Assembly (NCBI GenBank): GCA_018970465.1
Contig: JAGWWI010000002.1
Coordinates: forward strand, 4,517 to 68,516
Reading direction: 5' to 3'
Length of the DNA stretch: 64,000 bases
Source of the DNA: Patescibacteria group bacterium
GTDB lineage: Bacteria > Patescibacteriota > Minisyncoccia > Phycocordibacterales > Phycocordibacteraceae
The notes under the pieces were generated by a model. The model was not told the origin of the DNA, ran no database searches, and was given only the letters and a program-made list of their open reading frames with translations. A program made the translations under genes and the position numbers. The first letter of the stretch is position 1. Each line of letters opens with the position of its first letter. Of the stretch, positions 28,353 to 37,077 are shown in pieces.

Positions 28353-29201
28353 CTAGCCGCGCGGCGACGCGGCCAGCCCGAAGAGGCGCGTGGCGTTCGC
28401 GACCGTAGCTTGGCGGACGGTCTCGAGGGGCTCGTTGCGGATCTCGGCGAGCTTCGCGACGACGTCTTCGACGGCCAGAGGGTCGTTGCGCGCCCCGCGT
28501 CCGCGCGAGGTCGGCGGGACATAGGGCGCGTCGGTCTCGGCGAGGAGGGACGCGAGCGGCGCGGCGCCGATGGCGGCGTCGTACTCGCGAGCGAAGGTGA
28601 CGACCGCCGTGTAGGAGACGGTCAAGCCGAGCGCGACCAAGGCGCGCATCTCCTCCTCGCCCCCGACGAAGAAGTGGATATCGCCGCGGAGGTTCGGATA
28701 CTGCTCCTTCTCCTCCGTGAGGATCGCGATGAGGTCGTGATATGCGTCGCGCGTCTTCTTCGACGGCCGCGCGTGGATGATCAAGGCCTTATCGAGCTCG
28801 GCGGCAAGCGCGATCTGGGAGCGCAGTAGGGTTTTCTGCTTCTCCTTCACCTCCTCGTTCACCTCTTCAGGACGAAAATAGTCCAAGCCGCACTCCCCTA
28901 TCGCAACGACCTTTCCGCCGGAGGCGGATCCGCCTCCGGCGGACGCGCTCGCGGCGAGCGCGCGATATGCCGCCGGGTCGAAGGCCTCCTCTGATTCATG
29001 ATTGGGGTGGAGACCGATCGCCGCGTAGAGATGCTCGTGGCGCTCGGCGAGCGCGACCGCCGCCTGCGAGCTCACGTAGTCGCAGCCGACGACCACCCCG
29101 GCGACCCCGCGCTCCTCCATCCGCGCAATCACCTCCTCGCGATCCTCAGCAAAGGCCGGGAACTGCAGGTGGCAGTGCGCGTCGAAATACTTGGTCGTCA
29201 T
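28353..29201 (-). CDS. tatD: TatD family nuclease
   Basis: DAHCHL; GLHP; AIGECGLDY; ETDAPY. Confidence 0.93.
   Translation of the reverse strand: MTTKYFDAHCHLQFPAFAEDREEVIARMEERGVAGVVVGCDYVSSQAAVALAERHEHLYAAIGLHPNHESEEAFDPAAYRALAASASAGGGSASGGKVVAIGECGLDYFRPEEVNEEVKEKQKTLLRSQIALAAELDKALIIHARPSKKTRDAYHDLIAILTEEKEQYPNLRGDIHFFVGGEEEMRALVALGLTVSYTAVVTFAREYDAAIGAAPLASLLAETDAPYVPPTSRGRGARNDPLAVEDVVAKLAEIRNEPLETVRQATVANATRLFGLAASPRG
28914..28943. repeat. 30-bp perfect palindrome, in frame within tatD
   Basis: TCCGCCGGAGGCGGATCCGCCTCCGGCGGA. Confidence 0.9.
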
Positions 29202-29740
29202 ACTGACGCGAGCTGGTCGAAGCGCGCTTTCTTGAAGCGATAGAAACCGATTGTTCTGATCGAGCCGTCGGCGAGCGTAACGAGCATGGTGTCGACGCGA
29301 TCGAACAATACCGGAGGGAAGTCACGATGGTTCTGTGTGGCAAGGAACAGTTCTGCCACGGTTGATGCGGTCCGCGCATATTTGCTCAACTGCGCAGCGA
29401 TCAACGTATCTGCAACGCTTGAACTCTTATTGTCTGCATTCAGATATATGCGGGCGATTGTAAGCGCCCGATCAAAAATGTCCTTATCGGGAGCAAGAAC
29501 GAGATGGTCCGTGCCGCACAATGCCGTGAGGAACTCCTCTGCCGCCCGAAGCTCTTCCGGACCGCGCTTCAGACCACGAAGAAATTCGAGCCGAATGGTA
29601 CTCTCAATAACCGGAACGATTTCGAGCCGCCGTAATTCCGCATAGAGCACACTAAACTCTTCAGGGAACTTGGACGAATCGATGAGAACGTTCGTATCGA
29701 GTAATACAAAGCTATGCTCTGGTATCGACAGGCGCTCCAT
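29198..29740 (-). CDS. PIN-domain (VapC-like) protein
   Basis: LLDTNVLI; ADTLIAA; ATQNHRDF. Confidence 0.85.
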   Translation of the reverse strand: MERLSIPEHSFVLLDTNVLIDSSKFPEEFSVLYAELRRLEIVPVIESTIRLEFLRGLKRGPEELRAAEEFLTALCGTDHLVLAPDKDIFDRALTIARIYLNADNKSSSVADTLIAAQLSKYARTASTVAELFLATQNHRDFPPVLFDRVDTMLVTLADGSIRTIGFYRFKKARFDQLASV

Positions 29741-29849
29741 TGACTCTCTCGTCGCGCTCGCGTTCCCGAATGCCTTCGCCAACTCGTTTTGCAAGCGCGA
29801 TTATTCGCTCGTTCCACGAGTAGGTTGATTTGGCTGCGTGAGTGCTCAT
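29712..29849 (-). CDS. 45-aa putative antitoxin overlapping the PIN gene start
   Basis: MSTHAAKSTYSWNERIIALAKRVGEGIRE...; TATACT 7 nt before ATG. Confidence 0.4.
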   Translation of the reverse strand: MSTHAAKSTYSWNERIIALAKRVGEGIRERERDERVNGAPVDTRA

Positions 29850-29897
29850 CGCCACTAGTATAGCATCCGGGCGCACCTGACTCCTCTCTAGTACTCC

Positions 29898-31340
29898 TTA
29901 GGACAAGCGCGGGAAGAGGTTCTCCGGCTTCTTGTTGTGGCGCACCGCGGCGGCGATCGCGGCGGCGGTGCGGGGCATCGCGGGCGCGAGGTGCGCGGCG
30001 ATTGCGGCGAGCCGGCGCACCAGGCCCTCGATCTCGCCCCGTGCCTCCTCGCGCTCGACCGTATCGCCGCTCTTGATGCCGGCGTACGGCTTCTTGCGCG
30101 TCATGCGCCCGTCGCCCTTCCCGACGAGGTCGAAGACGAAATCGAGCGCCTCGTTGAACCTGAACGCGTCGACGGCCGCAGCGAACTCCGGCGCAATCGC
30201 CGTGTCCTCCTCCGTGAGCTCGACCGGGTGCGCGAGGTGCTCCTCGGCGAGCTTCATCACGCGCGCGACGAGGTTGCCGAGCCCGTTCACGAGGTGCGCG
30301 GTGTAGTACTCGCGGATCGTCTCGTCGGTCAGGTCGCCGTCCTCGGTCGGGCTCACGTGCCGGAGGAGGACGTAGCGCAGAGCGTCGACGCCGTAGCGGC
30401 CGATGACGTCGAACGGGTTGATCACGTTGCCGGTCGACTTGCTCATCTTCTGCCCGCCCGAGGTGATGAAGCCGTGATAGAAGACCTGATCGGTCGTCTT
30501 CACTCCGGCCGACATAAGCATCGCCTGCCACATGAGCGACTGGAAGCGCACCTGATCCTTCCCCGCGACCTGGAGCGTCCGCCCCTCGTCCCAGAATTTC
30601 TTGAAGCGACCCTCTTCGTCGGCGGGCCAGCCCAAGGTCGAGATGTAGTTCGTCAGCGCGTCGAACCACACGTACATCACCTGCGTCTCGTCGTCCGGCA
30701 CCGGGATGCCCCAGGAGAGACGCGCAGCTTCGCGCGAAATGCTGAAGTCTTCGAGGCCCTTCTTCACGAACTTGATCGCCTCTTTGCGGCGCCAGTCGGG
30801 GACGATCGCATCCTTACGCTCGAGGTACGCCAGGAGCTGCGGCTCGTACTTCGAGAAGCGGAAGAAGTAATTCTCTTCAGACACCTCCTTGAGCTCGAGC
30901 GTCGGGTGGAGCTCGCAGCGCCCTTTGACAACCTCCTTGTCCGTCTTGAAGGCCTCGCAGCCGACGCAGTAGAGGCCGGTGTAGCGCTTCTTGTAGATAT
31001 CGCCCGCGGCGGCGCAGCGGCGCCACATCTCCCGCGCAGCTTCGACGTGGCCCGGATTCGTCGTGCGGATGAACGCGTCGTAGGAGAGGTCGAACTCGGC
31101 CTTGAGCTTCTCGAACTCGGCGGCGTAATGGTCGACGTAGTCCTCGACCGGGAGCCCGGCCTTCGCCGCAGCCTCGGCGATCTTCTGCCCGTGCTCGTCG
31201 GTGCCGGTGTTGAAGAAGACCTCCTCCCCCGCTAGGCGCCAGAAGCGCGCGAGGAAGTCCGCCTGCACGAATTCAAGCGCGTGGCCAATGTGGGGATCAG
31301 CGTTTACATACGGGAGAGTCGTTGTTAAATACCTAGCCAT
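29898..31340 (-). CDS. metG: Methionyl-tRNA synthetase (short form, no C-terminal OB domain)
   Basis: HIGH; YVWFDALTNY; KMSKS. Confidence 0.96.
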   Translation of the reverse strand: MARYLTTTLPYVNADPHIGHALEFVQADFLARFWRLAGEEVFFNTGTDEHGQKIAEAAAKAGLPVEDYVDHYAAEFEKLKAEFDLSYDAFIRTTNPGHVEAAREMWRRCAAAGDIYKKRYTGLYCVGCEAFKTDKEVVKGRCELHPTLELKEVSEENYFFRFSKYEPQLLAYLERKDAIVPDWRRKEAIKFVKKGLEDFSISREAARLSWGIPVPDDETQVMYVWFDALTNYISTLGWPADEEGRFKKFWDEGRTLQVAGKDQVRFQSLMWQAMLMSAGVKTTDQVFYHGFITSGGQKMSKSTGNVINPFDVIGRYGVDALRYVLLRHVSPTEDGDLTDETIREYYTAHLVNGLGNLVARVMKLAEEHLAHPVELTEEDTAIAPEFAAAVDAFRFNEALDFVFDLVGKGDGRMTRKKPYAGIKSGDTVEREEARGEIEGLVRRLAAIAAHLAPAMPRTAAAIAAAVRHNKKPENLFPRLS

Positions 31341-31405
31341 CCCTTGAATATAAGGCAAAAGCCCGGCGTACGCCACCGGGCTTTAATCTTGTAGCTTATG
31401 AGTCG

Positions 31406-31942
31406 TTATACCTTTTCGAACTGAACGCGTGATGAATTGTACTTGACGACGCTGCCGACACTGAATGCGGCAGCTCGCAACGCAACCTCTTCCGCTAGAG
31501 AAAGATGCTTGGCGGCAGGATCAGAACCGCAGCTGTCGTGCCGATCGCAAAGGTCGGATGTGAAATCCAGGCCTTGCTGAACAGAAAAGTCGGCACTTGA
31601 AAATGGGTCGCTGTTATCGGCTCCGAAGCACATATGTAGCCGAAGGGGCTTCCTGTTATAGGCAATTGGATTGCCATGCGGACAAAGGGCCTCAATTTCC
31701 GTCGAGACCGACTGGCAGAAGGTCCCGCGCTGCATCCCGCCGAACTTTCTCTCGTCCATCTGGATCTCACCCCAGTTGAGGTTGTGCCTGCGCACCACCC
31801 TGCCGAGGAGAGTCCCGCGTAAATGCCTGAGATCCATATGTTCATGAATATGAACACGGCCACAGACATAGCAGTACGCATTTGCATTTTCAAGTCTGCC
31901 GACTTGAAAGTCACAGCAACGGGAAAGAACACGATCTAACAT
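31406..31942 (-). CDS. Hypothetical Cys/His-rich protein
   Basis: Open frame with its own promoter-like upstream region; no recognised family. Confidence 0.5.
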   Translation of the reverse strand: MLDRVLSRCCDFQVGRLENANAYCYVCGRVHIHEHMDLRHLRGTLLGRVVRRHNLNWGEIQMDERKFGGMQRGTFCQSVSTEIEALCPHGNPIAYNRKPLRLHMCFGADNSDPFSSADFSVQQGLDFTSDLCDRHDSCGSDPAAKHLSLAEEVALRAAAFSVGSVVKYNSSRVQFEKV

Positions 31943-32037
31943 GGGAGGTCTTCCTTTTCTAGTGACGTCCGTCACTAATATAACACATTCCTTTCACTTT
32001 TCAGCAACGGCCGAAACTCGCTTTCCTGACAGTACGA

Positions 32038-33096
32038 CTACTTATATATATTCTTATGCTCGCGGCGCTTGCGCACGCCGTAGTCGGAGAGGAACTCCAA
32101 GGCCGCCGCAGCGACCGGCACCGAGAGGAGGACGCCGAGGAAGCCGGCCAAGGTCCACCCGGCGATAAGCGCGACGATGACGAGGAGGGGCGGGATGCCA
32201 ACGACCTTCTTCACGATCAGCGGGTAGATGAGGTTCGCTTCGAACTGGTTCACCACCACGTAGAGCCCGGCGACGATGAGGGCGAGCGGGAAGCCGCCCG
32301 CCGTGTAGGCGACCGCGGCCGCCGCCCCGCCCGCCATCAAGGAGCCGAAGATCGGGATGATCTCCGCGAAGGCGGTAAAGACGGCGAGCAAGAGCGCGTA
32401 CGGGATCGAGAGGATCAGGAGCCCGAGGTAGACGAGGACGCCGACGATGACCGAGAGGAGGATCTGCCCCTGCATCCACCTGCCGATCTTCCGCTGCGAG
32501 CGGCGCCAGAGGTCGACGGCGTACTCCTCGTAGGCCGCGGGGATGACGAGCCGAAGGAAGTCATCGACGCCCGTGTCGGAGAGCGCGAAGTAGAAGGAGA
32601 GCACCACGACCAGGATGAGCGAGAAGATGCCGCCGAAGAACGTCGCGACAAGGTCGACGACGCCCGAGCCGTTCGCGGTGAGCGCGCTCTGCAGCACCGC
32701 GAGCGAGGAGAGCAGGCTCTCAGCCTCGTGCGAGCCGCCGAGGAGGTTCGAGGCCTGCGCGAGGCCTGCGGAGGGCACCTGGAGCGTATTGAGATACTGC
32801 GGCACCTCGGAGAGGAAGCCCGCGGCGTCCGCGAGGATGGGCGGGAAGAAGAAGTACACGAGCGCGAAGGCCGACCCGAGCACGATGACGTACATGAGGA
32901 GGGTCGCGAAGAAGCGCGGCAGCCGGTAGCGGACGAAGAACGCAATCCCCGGCTCGATCGCCGAGGAGATCACGATCGCGGTGAGGACGAGGAGCGCGAG
33001 GTCGCGCAGCACCCAGAGGAGGTAGGCACCAAGGAGGATGAGGAGCGTCGTGACGACGCTCCCGGGGCTGATCGCGATCCGGCGCTCCGCGGGCAT
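32038..33096 (-). CDS. AI-2E (PerM) family transporter
   Basis: EIIPIFG; QFEANLIYP; GVLLSVPVAA. Confidence 0.9.
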   Translation of the reverse strand: MPAERRIAISPGSVVTTLLILLGAYLLWVLRDLALLVLTAIVISSAIEPGIAFFVRYRLPRFFATLLMYVIVLGSAFALVYFFFPPILADAAGFLSEVPQYLNTLQVPSAGLAQASNLLGGSHEAESLLSSLAVLQSALTANGSGVVDLVATFFGGIFSLILVVVLSFYFALSDTGVDDFLRLVIPAAYEEYAVDLWRRSQRKIGRWMQGQILLSVIVGVLVYLGLLILSIPYALLLAVFTAFAEIIPIFGSLMAGGAAAAVAYTAGGFPLALIVAGLYVVVNQFEANLIYPLIVKKVVGIPPLLVIVALIAGWTLAGFLGVLLSVPVAAAALEFLSDYGVRKRREHKNIYK

Positions 33097-33139
33097 GGGC
33101 GCATGCTAGCACGCTCCGCGCGAAGAGCGGAATCGGCCG

Positions 33140-34558
33140 TCAGGCGATCTTCTCCCTGAGGAGCGCGGGCAACTCCGCGAGTGCGACGCGCTCCTGCTCG
33201 CCCGAGTCGCGGTGGCGGAGCGTGACGGTATCAGCCAATTCCGGCTTCTCGCCGAGCGTGTTGAAGTCGATCGTGATGCAATAGGGCGTGCCGATCTCGT
33301 CCTGCCGGCGGTAGCGCTTGCCGATGTTGCCGTTGTCGTCGAAGGCTATGGCCGGGTGCACCTCACGCCGCAGGAGCGCGCGCACCTCCTTCGCCTTCGC
33401 GACTAACTCCGGCTTGTTCTTCAGGAGGGGCGAGACCATCGCCTTGACCGGGGCGAGCTTGGCCGGCAGCCGCAAGACGACGCGCGCCTCGCCCTTGCCC
33501 TGCGTAGCTTCAGCGGAGGAGGGGCCGAGGTCGTCCTCGGCGTAGGCCTTCGCGAGTACCGCAAGGAGGTGGCGCCCGAGGCCGAAGGTCGGCTCGATCG
33601 CGTGCGGCACGAATTTCTCATTCGACTCGGGGTCGAGGTAGCGCAAGTCGGCGCCCGACGCCTCGATGTGATTCTTGAGGTCGAAGTCGGTGCGATACGC
33701 AAGGCCGGCGATCTCGTCGAACTTGTGCGGGTATTTGAAATGGAAGTCGACTGTGCGCTTGGAGTAGTGCGCGCGCTCGCCGTCGGGGATTTCGACCTCG
33801 CGGATATCGCCCTGGTCGAAGCCGAGCGCCGAGAACCACGCGCGCATCTGCCCGACCCAGTACTCGAATTGTTGGCTCCAGGCGCGCTCCGGCACGAAGT
33901 ATTCGAACTCCATGATCTCAAGTTCGCGCACGCGGAAGATGAAGTCGCGCGGCGCAATCTCGTTGCGGAAGCTCCGCCCCACCTGCGCGATGCCGAACGG
34001 GAGCTTCGGGTGGTAGGTGTCGAGAATGTTCTTGAAGTTGACGAACATGCCCTGCGCGGTCTCCGGCCGCAGGTAGACGGTCGTGTCGGAGCCGTCCACC
34101 GAGCCGACGGAGGTCTTGAACATCATATTGAACTGCTGCGGGCTCGTGAGATCGTTCCCTTCCGGGCTCTTGATCCCCTTCTCGAGGATCACCTCGCCCA
34201 TCATCGCGAGCGACATGCCGGTCGGGTCGACCCCGGCGTCTTCGAGCAGATGGTCGGCGCGATAGCGCTTCTTCGTCTTCACGTCCGTGACCAGGGGGTC
34301 GTGGAAGCCGCCGACATGCCCGGACGCCTCCCAGACCTTCGGGTTCATGAGGAGCGCCGTGTCGACGCCGTACATGTCATCGCGCTCGTCGACGAACAGG
34401 CGCCACCAGAGGTTCTCGATATTCTTCTTGAGCGCGAGGCCCAAGGGGCCGTAGTCGTAGGTGCCCGCGAGGCCGCCGTAGATCTCGGAGCCGGGGTAGA
34501 TGAACCCGCGCCGTTTCGCGAGCGAGACGATCTTCTCCATCTGCGAGGCGTCGGCCAT
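33140..34558 (-). CDS. glyQS: Glycyl-tRNA synthetase, alpha2 type
   Basis: EIYGGL; YLRPETAQG; FRNEI; IGKRYRRQDEIGTP. Confidence 0.96.
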   Translation of the reverse strand: MADASQMEKIVSLAKRRGFIYPGSEIYGGLAGTYDYGPLGLALKKNIENLWWRLFVDERDDMYGVDTALLMNPKVWEASGHVGGFHDPLVTDVKTKKRYRADHLLEDAGVDPTGMSLAMMGEVILEKGIKSPEGNDLTSPQQFNMMFKTSVGSVDGSDTTVYLRPETAQGMFVNFKNILDTYHPKLPFGIAQVGRSFRNEIAPRDFIFRVRELEIMEFEYFVPERAWSQQFEYWVGQMRAWFSALGFDQGDIREVEIPDGERAHYSKRTVDFHFKYPHKFDEIAGLAYRTDFDLKNHIEASGADLRYLDPESNEKFVPHAIEPTFGLGRHLLAVLAKAYAEDDLGPSSAEATQGKGEARVVLRLPAKLAPVKAMVSPLLKNKPELVAKAKEVRALLRREVHPAIAFDDNGNIGKRYRRQDEIGTPYCITIDFNTLGEKPELADTVTLRHRDSGEQERVALAELPALLREKIA

Positions 34559-34587
34559 GGTGCCTTCAAGCTACACGAGCGCGGCGA

Positions 34588-36477
34588 TTATTGCACTTCG
34601 GCCTTCGCGGGGTTGTAGCCCGGGTCGCCCGGCGTCTCGGTCGTGACCGCGTCGGCCGAGGCGGAGATGTTCACCCCCGCGAAGCGGTCGAACGCCGTGA
34701 AGGACGCGGGCCCCACCAAGGCCGGTGACGCCCCGCGCTGCGAGGTCGAGGGCGTGAAGGAGACCTGGAAGTAGCCCGTCGCGGCGCTCCCGGCGGCGAG
34801 GTCGCCCGCGGTCCAGGTGACGACGCGCGACTGCGGGTCGTAGGAGAAGCTGCCCTGCCCCGAGGTCTTGCCGGTGTAGTCGACATACGCGGGCAGGGTC
34901 GCGGTCACTGCCGCGCCCGCGACCGCACCGCCGCCGTCCGCGGCAGTCCACTGGATGGTGTAGGTGGTCGGCGCGCCGGCTGAGGGCGGGATGGGGCCTG
35001 TGTTCGCGAAGGGCCCGGCGGCGTGCAGGGCCGAGACCGAGAGCTCGACCGCGGTCGCGGCCTTGATCGTATCGGTCTTCGACGCGGCGACGCTCACGGC
35101 CGCGTTGTTGTCGCCCGGGACGCTGCCTGCGACCGAGGTCGTGAAGGTGACAGAGGGCGCGCGGCCGAAGGAGGAAGCTGGTACCGTCGAGAAGACGAAG
35201 GAGCCGACGCCCGAGGCGCCGGGCGCCAAGGTCGCGAGCGCCACGTCCTGATCCTTGCTGAAGGTGATCGTGTGGGTCGAGGAGTCGTAGAAGCCATTCG
35301 TCGCCCGGATCGAGGAGTAGTCGACTGCGCCGCCCGAGACCTCGACCGAGATGGTCGCGTCGTTCACCTGCGTCGAAAGCGTGTTGGTATACGAGACGGT
35401 GACGTTCTCGGTCGAGGCGGGCGCGAGGGTTGCCGAGGAGACGGGCGCGCCATTCAGAGCGAGATCCGTCTCGAGGAAGGGCGCGGTGATCGCGACCGTC
35501 GCGTCCTGCGTCATGTAGGAGACGCCGAGGCCGCCGCCCTGGCTCGCCGTCCCGATCGAGAAGTGGAACGCCTCGCTCTGCCCGTTCTGCCCGTCGAGGG
35601 TGCCCGTGAGGGTAACCGTTTTCGCGTCCCCCGGCGCCAAGGTCCCGAGCGGGATGTCGGTGCCCTGCGCGGGGAGCGAGGAGGAGGTCAGCTTGAAGCC
35701 GAAGGGGAACGCTCCCTCGACGACGACGTTATCGAGCGGCACCGTCGCGTTCGAGCGCGCCTCGAGCGTAATCGTGAACGGCTTGCCCGCAGTCGTTTGC
35801 GCGATCGTATCGACCGAGATCGAGAGCGGCGTCGAGGAGACCTTGAGCGGATATGAATATTTCTTGACGAAGGTCGAGTTCGAGCCCTTCGTGCCGTAGG
35901 AGAGCGCGATGGGGATCGCGAGCGTGTCGCCCGCGGAGCCGAAGACGACCGCCTTCACCGCGCTCGTCACCGTCTCGCCGCTCTTGATCGTGCCGAGCGC
36001 GTCATTATAGGCGACGAACGGGCTCGAGACGTCCGTCGCCGAACGGGTGCCGGGCGGGAAGTCCGCTTCGAGCGTGGCGTTCTCGAGGTCGACCGGGTTG
36101 CGGTTCGTGACCGCGATCGTCAAGGGGACGGTGTCCCCCGCCGCGATCGTCGTCGGGCCCTCGACCTGGATCGTGATGTTGTCGACCGAGACGCTGTCCC
36201 CGCCGAAGTAGATAAGGTACGCGGCAAGCACGAGCGCGAGGCCGAAGAAGGTAATCGCGCCGATGAAGAAGTAGGTTGCGAGCTTCACGTGGCGCTCGGT
36301 GACCGTTGGCGGCGCGACCGACGCGAGCGGCTTCGCCACCCCGGCCCACGCGTGCGGGAGGCGGCGCACGGCGGCTGCGAAGCGCGACGGCTTCGCGGCT
36401 GCGGGCGGCGCGGCCGCGTAGAGGCGCTCGCGCTCCTCTTCGAGCGCGCTCTTCTCTCCGTCGCTTGTGGGCGGCAT
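34588..36477 (-). CDS. Large single-TM Ig-like repeat protein
   Basis: TM followed by beta-rich repeats; NTGPIPP..G.PTTYTIQW. Confidence 0.7.
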   Translation of the reverse strand: MPPTSDGEKSALEEERERLYAAAPPAAAKPSRFAAAVRRLPHAWAGVAKPLASVAPPTVTERHVKLATYFFIGAITFFGLALVLAAYLIYFGGDSVSVDNITIQVEGPTTIAAGDTVPLTIAVTNRNPVDLENATLEADFPPGTRSATDVSSPFVAYNDALGTIKSGETVTSAVKAVVFGSAGDTLAIPIALSYGTKGSNSTFVKKYSYPLKVSSTPLSISVDTIAQTTAGKPFTITLEARSNATVPLDNVVVEGAFPFGFKLTSSSLPAQGTDIPLGTLAPGDAKTVTLTGTLDGQNGQSEAFHFSIGTASQGGGLGVSYMTQDATVAITAPFLETDLALNGAPVSSATLAPASTENVTVSYTNTLSTQVNDATISVEVSGGAVDYSSIRATNGFYDSSTHTITFSKDQDVALATLAPGASGVGSFVFSTVPASSFGRAPSVTFTTSVAGSVPGDNNAAVSVAASKTDTIKAATAVELSVSALHAAGPFANTGPIPPSAGAPTTYTIQWTAADGGGAVAGAAVTATLPAYVDYTGKTSGQGSFSYDPQSRVVTWTAGDLAAGSAATGYFQVSFTPSTSQRGASPALVGPASFTAFDRFAGVNISASADAVTTETPGDPGYNPAKAEVQ

Positions 36478-36495
36478 GTCCGTAGTATACCGCCC

Positions 36496-37065
36496 CTAGA
36501 GGCCCGAGGCTGCGATCCCGCGATTGATGCGCGCGATCGCCTCAAGGCGCTCCGCGCGCGTGCGCGCGAGCGCTGCGGGGCTGAAGTCCGGCTCGGCCGC
36601 CTCCGCCGCGCTCTCGCCGACGCCGAACGCGGCGAGGAGGCCCTCCGCGGCGGCGAGCTCGGCGGCCTCGGCGAGCACCGGGTCGCCCTCGACCAAGGCC
36701 GCGAGGTACCGCGCGAAGAGCGCGTACGCGGCGCGCTCCGGGTGCTCGCCGGGCGAGAGCCGCAGCAGGAGCGCCCCGACCCGGCCCGCGCGCTCGCGCG
36801 CCTCGCTCGAAGCGAGGCGCGCGAACCAGTTCTCGGCGAGGACCGCCCCCGCGAGGCGCCAGCCCTCCGCTCCTGCGACCAGGACCACATCGCTCTCGCA
36901 GAAGGTCGCGAGAGCGTGCGCGAGCTTCGACTCTTGGCGCCGGAGGCCCGCAGCGTATGCGTGGACGACCCCGAGGTCGTCGGTCACGATCGAGAGGCGC
37001 GCGTGCGCCTCGCCGAACGGCGCCCGGCCGAGAACGATCCCGCGCGTCGAATACTTATGCCGCAT
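36496..37065 (-). CDS. recO: DNA repair protein RecO (short form)
   Basis: TRGIVL.R.PFGEA...GLRRQESKL OB-fold N-terminus. Confidence 0.8.
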   Translation of the reverse strand: MRHKYSTRGIVLGRAPFGEAHARLSIVTDDLGVVHAYAAGLRRQESKLAHALATFCESDVVLVAGAEGWRLAGAVLAENWFARLASSEARERAGRVGALLLRLSPGEHPERAAYALFARYLAALVEGDPVLAEAAELAAAEGLLAAFGVGESAAEAAEPDFSPAALARTRAERLEAIARINRGIAASGL

Positions 37066-37077
37066 CCTTCGAGTCCC

